Source: Octopus sinensis (Eukaryota). Taken from it: a stretch of DNA of 5,010 nucleotides. The stretch lies in contig NW_021830318.1 of NCBI RefSeq assembly GCF_006345805.1, forward strand, positions 1 through 5,010, written 5' to 3'. This document shows positions 1 through 5,010 of the stretch, piece after piece (within the stretch, counting starts at the first letter, position 1; every line of letters starts with the position of its first letter). The translations under genes were made by a program, and so were the position numbers. The notes beneath the pieces were generated by a model. That model was not told where the DNA came from, did not search any database, and worked only from the letters and a program-made list of their open reading frames with translations.

Positions 1-104
1 TCCTTTCGGTGGTCGATGAATAAGTACGAGTTTGCGTACTGGGTTCGATCTAATCGACTGGCTGCCTCCTCAAAAATATCGGGCCTTGTGCCTAGAGTAG
101 AAAA

Positions 105-108
<4 letters not shown>
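1..108 (+). mobile_element. 3' half of a tRNA-derived SINE (5' part outside the window), same central domain as the tandem SINE units
   Basis: 1-58 (tcctttcggtggtcgatgaataagtacgagtttgcgtactgggttcgatctaatcgac) aligns at roughly 80% by eye with the reverse complement of the units at 2615-3530 (tcctttcggggtcgattaaataagtaccagttacgcactggggtcgatataatcgac). A different tail (…ggccttgtgcctagagtagaaaaata) follows and runs into an (AAT)n tract. Confidence 0.85.
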
Positions 109-195
<87 letters not shown>

Positions 196-222
196 AATAA
201 TAATAATAATAATAATAGTAAT
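109..222. repeat. Compound trinucleotide microsatellite (AAT)18 ACC (AAC)9 (AAT)8 AGT AAT
   Basis: Read directly from the sequence. It accounts for the poly-Asn run in ORF 16..387. Confidence 0.98.
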
Positions 223-368
223 TTCTTAAGTAACGAGAAGATGGATTTGGTATTAACATTTATTTTGTACAATGGTTGTTTCGACCCATTCTGCTACTGT
301 CCCTTGTGGGTGGGATTCCGTTCAACATCTGTTGCATCCATTTTGCAGTCTGTCACTCATCAGGTACA
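223..368 (-). mobile_element. Dispersed repeat fragment, possibly a Penelope-like element pLTR/3' remnant
   Basis: A second, inverted copy lies at 997-1157. The minus strand reads CTGATGA…GAAAC-N4-NTT, then AATAAA (256-261 region), and ends in a (TAT)n tract. A hammerhead motif near the 3' end is typical of Penelope-like pLTRs, but the family assignment is inference. Confidence 0.5.
266..368 (-). ncRNA. Putative type-I hammerhead ribozyme-like motif with long stem II
   Basis: Minus strand: stem I 5' UGUAC (368-364), CUGAUGA (363-357), 74-nt G…C stem II region (356-283), GAAAC (282-278), AACC loop, AUU triplet (273-271), stem I 3' GUACA (270-266). Stem I pairs perfectly over 5 bp in exact register. 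The stem III C-A mismatch and the AUU triplet suggest a decayed copy. Confidence 0.45.
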
Positions 369-473
369 TCCATACATAAAGTTGTGACTCGCTAAAGATC
401 CTGAGTTTTGGCTGTCATGTTGTTAATAGATGGGAAGATGCGAGCAAGAGAAATAATATTCTGAAGATTATGA

Positions 474-547
474 ATCTGGAAAATTACAGGACAAGTTATT
501 ACACTTGGAAAAGTTCAGGACGACTTATTACATCTGGTAAAGTACAG
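474..547. repeat. 29-bp minisatellite, ~2.5 degenerate copies
   Basis: atctggaaaattacaggacaagttattac (474-502), acttggaaaagttcaggacgacttattac (503-531) and atctggtaaagtacag (532-547). Copies 1 and 2 match at 23/29 positions. Confidence 0.75.
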
Positions 548-996
548 AGAAAGAAAATTTTTACTTAAAATATTTGCAGCTAAGAATAAAATTTCAAATA
601 AAATATTTAGATTTAGAATATTTAGCTTTTATTAAAACTTACAATTTTATTACAAGTTATTACTTCTATTTGTTATTACTTGTTACTTATATTAAAAATA
701 AGAAATAACTCGATTAGAATATTTTTGCACTTTAAAACCATTTAATTTTTTTTTTATTATTAATTAATAATCAGAAATTTGAAAATAGGTTATAAAAAAT
801 AATAGTAGTATTTAATTAGTTAGTACAATAAATAGAATAAAACAAAAATTTGTTATATATTATAGCAGAATTTATCTGTGACAACTTTTGATGTAAACTT
901 TTTTCTACTGGGCCAAATCTCAATTTATTTATGCCAAAATGTAGCTAGGGACCAGCTTTCTTCAAAAATGCTAACAGTTTTCATTTTGGTTTAGAA

Positions 997-1157
997 CTGC
1001 ACTAGCGACAATCTCTGGGAGATGCAACGTGTGAGTAAATTGCGGCCTTAAGAATATTATTCAACTACGACCGTAGATGAATAGGGTTAGGAGGATGGGT
1101 CGAAACGACCGTTGGATATAAAGATGATACCAAATCCATCTTCTCGTTACTAAAGAA
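997..1157 (+). mobile_element. Second, inverted and more decayed copy of the 223-368 repeat
   Basis: The reverse complement of 1095-1157 (ttctttagtaacgagaagatggatttggtatcatctttatatccaacggtcgtttcgacccat) matches 223-289 (ttcttaagtaacgagaagatggatttggtattaacatttattttgtacaatggttgtttcgacccat). A weaker match (ctgcactagcgaca…gatgcaac versus ctgatgagtgaca…gatgcaac) extends it to about 997. Confidence 0.7.
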
Positions 1158-1306
1158 TCTATTTTTTGTTACTATCTCAACTAACACTGCGGAATTCATG
1201 AAGTGGATCCAACGGAAATATGCCACAACTCCCCAAAAAGTGCTAGTACTCTATTCAACTCTTGAACACTCTAATCGGCATATACCCATTAGTCCAAAAT
1301 TATTAT

Positions 1307-1313
1307 TGTGTGT

Positions 1314-1354
<41 letters not shown>

Positions 1355-1500
1355 CGTTTCTGTTTGTGTATGTATTCATCTTTGTCTCAATGTTTCTGTA
1401 TGTGTGAACATGTGTGTGCGGATATATATATGTGTGTGTGTGTATGTATGTATGTGTGTATGCATGTATGTATATATTTATATATATAACTACATATAGC
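1307..1500. repeat. (TG)n microsatellite (near-pure 1307-1350) followed by a degenerate TG/TA tract
   Basis: Read directly from the sequence. It produces the Cys-Val and His-Thr ORFs. Confidence 0.95.
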
Positions 1501-1551
1501 CATGCTAGCCACGTTAGTGTATTTGTATGTATACACACGTACATACAGCGT

Positions 1552-1670
<119 letters not shown>

Positions 1671-1699
1671 CGGCAAATGAGAATGTTTGCACGTGTATT

Positions 1700-1808
1700 T
1701 GTGTGCGTGTGCGCGTGTGTGTGTGCGTGTGTGTGTGTCTGTGTGTGTGTCTGTGTGTGTGTCTGTGTGTCTGTGTGTGTGTGTGTGTGTGTACGTGTGT
1801 GTACGTGT
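1700..1808. repeat. Compound (TG)n tract with CG, TC and TAC interruptions
   Basis: Read directly from the sequence. Confidence 0.95.
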
Positions 1809-2159
1809 ATTTAGAATGCGTTATGCTGTGTAAACGTGCGAAGATGTATTGTAAGAAGAGATATGAAACGGAGGTAAACATTGGCAAAGAAAGATTGAAA
1901 AGGAAAGCTTTCTTATCGTACCGTTGAAATGCCTGTGTGAATTCTTATTCTTCTTGCTGTCATTGTGGGTTTTCAACAATGACAATATCGAAAATGAAAT
2001 AAGATTCTAACCCGAAAATTACATTTTTTTTTCTTGTTTCCTTTTATCTTTTCATTTTTATTTTCATTTTATCTCTTTTTTTCTTTTTAATTTCGTTCTT
2101 AAAATTTTGATGCTTTGGAGAAGTAAATAATGAAAAGAAGAATGAGAGAAACAAATTGA

Positions 2160-2222
2160 CAAAGAGGCACAAACAAAGGAGTCACAAACAAAGAGGCACA
2201 AGCAAAGAGGCACAATCAAAGA
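2160..2222. repeat. 14-bp minisatellite (caaagaggcacaaN), ~4.4 copies
   Basis: caaagaggcacaaa / caaaggagtcacaaa / caaagaggcacaag / caaagaggcacaat / caaaga. Confidence 0.85.
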
Positions 2223-2371
2223 TAGAGAGCAAAACAAAAGAAAATGGATGACAGGCGGACAGCGCTCACAGTGAAGAAGAATAGCAATTTTTAACAGATA
2301 AAAATCATTGCTTTCGTTTTTATTGTTGTTATTATTCTCATGTTGCTCTTCTTGTTTTGCTTATTGTTGAC

Positions 2372-2462
2372 GTCAGTGAGACTCGAACGCAGAATGTGAA
2401 AGCCCTTATCAAATAGCTCGTGACGATATAGTCCGGCACTCTAAAGATTCCGTCATTCCACT
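2372..2462 (-). mobile_element. Decayed tRNA-like SINE head (A box and B box only)
   Basis: The minus strand has an A-box-like tgacggaatctttag (2455-2441) and a B-box-like gcgttcgagtctc (2390-2378). Their spacing and the intervening sequence resemble the other SINE heads in the window. Confidence 0.6.
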
Positions 2463-2470
2463 GTTTTAGA

Positions 2471-2614
2471 TGGAACATTATTTATCGTCCCTGCCAACGA
2501 TGAAACACATAAGTCACCTCGGCTGAGTTTGAACTCAGATTTTATTTAGAAAAAAAAAAAAAGAATACCGGAATAATTACTGCAAGGCGTTTCATCCGAC
2601 ACTGTAATGATTCT
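2471..2614 (-). mobile_element. Older SINE copy (host), body part, split by the pentameric insertion
   Basis: tggaacattatttatcgtccctgccaacgatgaaacacataagtcacctcggctgagtttgaactcaga is a diverged match to the young unit (tggtacttatttaatcgaccccgaaaggatgaaaggcaaagtcgacctcggcggaatttgaactcaga). It continues towards the head as gcaaggcgtttcatccgacactgtaatgattct. Confidence 0.75.
2603..2614. repeat. Left target-site duplication TGTAATGATTCT
   Basis: Identical to the 12-mer at 3566-3577 and directly abuts the 3' end of the array. Confidence 0.9.
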
Positions 2615-3565
2615 TATTACTTTACAACCCACAAGGAGCTACACACAGAAGGGACAAACAAGGACAGACAAACGGATTAAGTCGATTATATCGACCCCAG
2701 TGCGTAACTGGTTCTTATTTAATCGATCCCGAAAGGATGAAAGGCAAAGTCGACCTCGGCGGAATTTGAACTCAGACGTATCGGCAGACGAAATACCTAT
2801 TTCTTTACTACCCCCAGGGGCTAAACACAAGGAGACAAACACAAGGAGAGACAAACGGATTAAGACGATTATATCGACCCAAATGCGTAACTGGTACTTT
2901 TTAATCGAACCCGAAAGGATGAAAGGCAAGTCGACCTCGGCGGAAGTTGAACCAGAACGTAGCGGCAGACGAAATACCTATTCTTTACTCCCAACACCAA
3001 AAGGGGCTAAACACAGAGAGACACAAGGAGAGACAAACGGATTAAGACTTAATCGCCCCAATGCGTAACTGGTACTTATTTAATCGAACCCGAAAGATGA
3101 AAGGCACAAGTCGAACCTCGGCGGAAGTTGAACTCAGAACGTAGCGGCAGATGAAATACCTATTTCTTTACTACCCACAAGGGGCTAAACACAGAGGAGA
3201 CAAACAAGGAGAGACAAACGGATTAAGACGATTATATCGACCCCAGTGCGTAACTGGTACTTATTTAATCGTCCCCGAAAAGGATGAAAGGCAAAGTCGA
3301 CCTCGGCGGAATTTGAACTCAGAACGTAGCGGCGGACGAAATACCTATTTCTTTACTACCCACAAGGGGCTAAACACAGAGAGGACAAACAAGGACAGAC
3401 AAACGGATTAAGTAGATTATATCGACCCAAGTGCGTAACTGGTACTTATTTAATCGACCCCGAAAAGGATGAAAGGCAAAGTCGACCTCGGCGGAATTTG
3501 AACTCAGAACGTAGCGGCAGGCCAAATGCCGCTTAGCATTTTCCCCGGCGTGCTCGCCGCCTTAA
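2615..3565 (-). mobile_element. Pentameric head-to-tail SINE concatemer: five ~181-185-bp bodies plus one 5' head
   Basis: Units at 2615-2797, 2798-2978, 2979-3160, 3161-3345 and 3346-3530; head at 3531-3563. Units carry a B-box-like GAGTTCAAATTCC (degraded in unit 2). The junction reads gaaatacc|tatttc. One TSD pair flanks the whole array. Confidence 0.92.
3493..3505 (-). promoter_or_regulatory. RNA Pol III B-box-like element of the head-proximal unit
   Basis: Minus strand GAGTTCAAATTCC resembles the consensus GGTTCRANNCC. Related copies occur in the other units. Confidence 0.7.
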
Positions 3566-3592
3566 TGTAATGATTCTGTCAGTTCGTCGCCT
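3566..3592 (-). mobile_element. 5' head of the older host SINE (A-box region), including the right TSD at 3566-3577
   Basis: Minus strand aggcgacgaactgacagaatcattaca parallels the young head aggcggcgag…. Removing the array and one TSD joins it seamlessly to 2471-2614. Confidence 0.75.
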
Positions 3593-3964
3593 CCCACTGG
3601 ACGTGTACCGAAGTGTGTATCTCGACAGAAGTGTCCTAAAGTATATTTTTATATTGATGGGTATCGATCTGTACATTCATAAAAACCGTGCGCGTCTACG
3701 TCGATATCTATTGAACGCCTCTGTCTGTGTGGACAGGCCATTAAAAGATTTCTTGGCTTTCTTGAGTAAAACTAAAACTCTTTGTTCACAACTTCGGCTT
3801 CATCAAAGGTACTCATATCATCATTAGAAACACTTGTTCTGTCTTTCTTACCCTTAAAGCTTACTTTCTTTCAAAAACAAATAAAACAAAGATGTCTCCA
3901 TTGATATAACACCTCAGCAAACTTTCGAAGTTTACTTGCAGAAACCACAGCAAATTCATTTATT

Positions 3965-4137
3965 TAGCTGTGTGGTAAGTTGTTTGTATCTGGCGCACAT
4001 GGTTCTGAGTTCAGTCGTGCCGCGCTGCACTTTGGGCAAGGGTTTTCTACTATAGCCACGGGCCAACTGAAGCCTTGAAAAAGTCCGTCATGTGTGTGCG
4101 TGTGTGAACGCGCGTTTGTATGTGTGTATGTGTTTGT
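3965..4137 (+). mobile_element. tRNA-derived CORE-type SINE (OR-like), 5' part plus TG-rich tract
   Basis: A-box-like tagctgtgtggtaag (3965-3979), B-box-like gagttcagtc (4007-4016) and MIR/CORE-like gcactttgggcaag (4027-4040), then a (TG)-rich tract at 4091-4137. The family name is from recall. Confidence 0.75.
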
Positions 4138-4472
4138 TATTTCTTTATTGCCCACAAGGGGCTAAACATAGAGGGGACAAACAAGGACAGACAAAGGAAT
4201 TAAGTCGATTACATCGACCCCAGTGCGCAACTGGTACTTATTTAATCGACCACGAAAGGATGAAAGGCAAAGTCGACTTCAGCGGAATTTGAACTCAGAA
4301 CGTAACGGCAGACGAAATACCTATTTCTTTACTACCCACAAGGGGACAAACAGAAGGGACAAACAAGGACAGACAAAGGAATTAAGTCGATTACATCGAC
4401 CCCAGTGCGCAACTGGTACTTATCTAATCGACCACGAAAGGATGAAAGGCGACGTCGAACTTGGCGGGATTT
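4138..4472 (-). mobile_element. Dimeric copy of the same SINE body, 5'-truncated
   Basis: Full unit at 4138-4321 and truncated unit at 4322-4472, joined by the same gaaatacc|tatttc junction. It stops just short of the second B box, and no TSD is visible. Confidence 0.88.
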
Positions 4473-4559
4473 ATTAGTTTCTAATGCCGGGCACTTTTTC
4501 TATCGACCTTCTTTTCTCGAATGTATTGAGCACTTTTATTTTTTGCGCTCAAGAAAACA

Positions 4560-4660
4560 AAATATATGCGCTTTCATATATGCGTATGTGTGCATGTATA
4601 CGTATGTATATGAATACGTATATTTATGCGTATATGTTTATATTGAATGCGTTTTTATAT
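4560..4660. repeat. Degenerate TA/TG (atgcg/tatgta) low-complexity tract
   Basis: Alternating purine-pyrimidine motifs such as atatatgcg, tatgtgtgcatgtatacgtatgtata and atgcgtatatg. Confidence 0.65.
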
Positions 4661-5010
4661 GAAAATTCGGCTGTGTAATATGGAACAAGATGAAATGAAG
4701 TGCCTTGTACATATAAATAAATAATTTTATTGCCTGTGCTTGATTTTTTAACATGGAAAATGAAGGATTAAGGGGAGAGGAATAAGGGAAGCTGGATTTG
4801 ATTTGAAGGGGGGGGTATGGGTGTGAGTGTATGCTTATTCAATCATGCACGAATTAATTTAGATTCATGCGAGAGTGCGCACACATCTAAACATGTGAAG
4901 AAACGGGAATAGATATGTGGAGAAGATTTATATCTAATAATATATATTTAGAGGTAATTTAAGTTATGAAGTATAAAATACGAAAGTTATAATATATTGA
5001 ATGTAAATAT

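Noticed and set aside
16-387. 123-aa ORF with a poly-Asn tract
   Set aside because: It is stitched from a SINE tail, an (AAT)/(AAC) microsatellite and the antisense of another repeat, and shows no protein-family signal.
223-1157. MITE/DNA transposon with terminal inverted repeats
   Set aside because: There is no TSD, the arms are unevenly diverged with internal length differences, and the termini match no TIR motif I recognise. It is kept only as an alternative.
2368-2375. Perfect CRE palindrome TGACGTCA
   Set aside because: It is a single 8-mer at the edge of a decayed SINE with no promoter context.
2607-3411. ORFs with repeated 'RPQCVTG'/'KDERQSRPRRNLNS' peptides
   Set aside because: They are readings of tandem SINE units with frame changes between units, with no RT or transposase motifs. 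The same applies to the ORFs at 4092-4662.
2615-3530. CRISPR-like or retrozyme interpretation of the tandem array
   Set aside because: Units are near-identical along their full length with no unique spacers, and no CUGANGA hammerhead core was found in the unit on either strand.
3493-3563. Genuine tRNA gene
   Set aside because: Only A/B-box-like remnants are present, no cloverleaf can be built, and the sequence continues into a SINE body.
3649-3741. 30-aa minus-strand ORF MACPHRQRRSIDIDVDAHGFYECTDRYPSI with a furin-like RQRR motif
   Set aside because: It is too short, has an in-frame stop shortly upstream, has no signal peptide, and has no convincing splice-site pair. It is probably chance.
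3570-3827. 85-aa ORF in apparently unique sequence
   Set aside because: It starts inside the TSD/host SINE head and has no recognisable domain or exon signals.
4484-4512. gggcactttttctatcgaccttc as another SINE remnant
   Set aside because: The match to the unit's ggtacttatttaatcgaccc is too short and diverged to call.
4771-4821. G-rich stretch as a possible G-quadruplex
   Set aside because: The G-runs are separated by long loops (about 10 and 19 nt) in low-complexity purine-rich sequence.

Overview
AT-rich, microsatellite-dense eukaryotic non-coding DNA (intron or intergenic) with no supportable protein-coding gene. All ORFs in the track come from microsatellites or SINE bodies. From memory, not a database search, the SINE sequences look like octopus/coleoid tRNA-derived families. 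Two structures stand out. (1) A head-to-tail pentamer of a ~183-bp B-box-containing SINE body (2615-3565, minus strand) has a single 5' head and is bracketed by one exact 12-bp target-site duplication. It sits inside the A-box region of an older related SINE. A separate dimer with the same junction lies at 4138-4472. (2) A diverged inverted pair of repeats (223-368 minus, 997-1157 plus) has a left arm carrying a correctly registered type-I hammerhead-ribozyme-like core with an unusually long stem II, resembling a Penelope-like pLTR remnant. Also present: a CORE-type SINE, other decayed SINE pieces, (AAT)/(AAC), (TG) and (GATA) microsatellites, and two small minisatellites.
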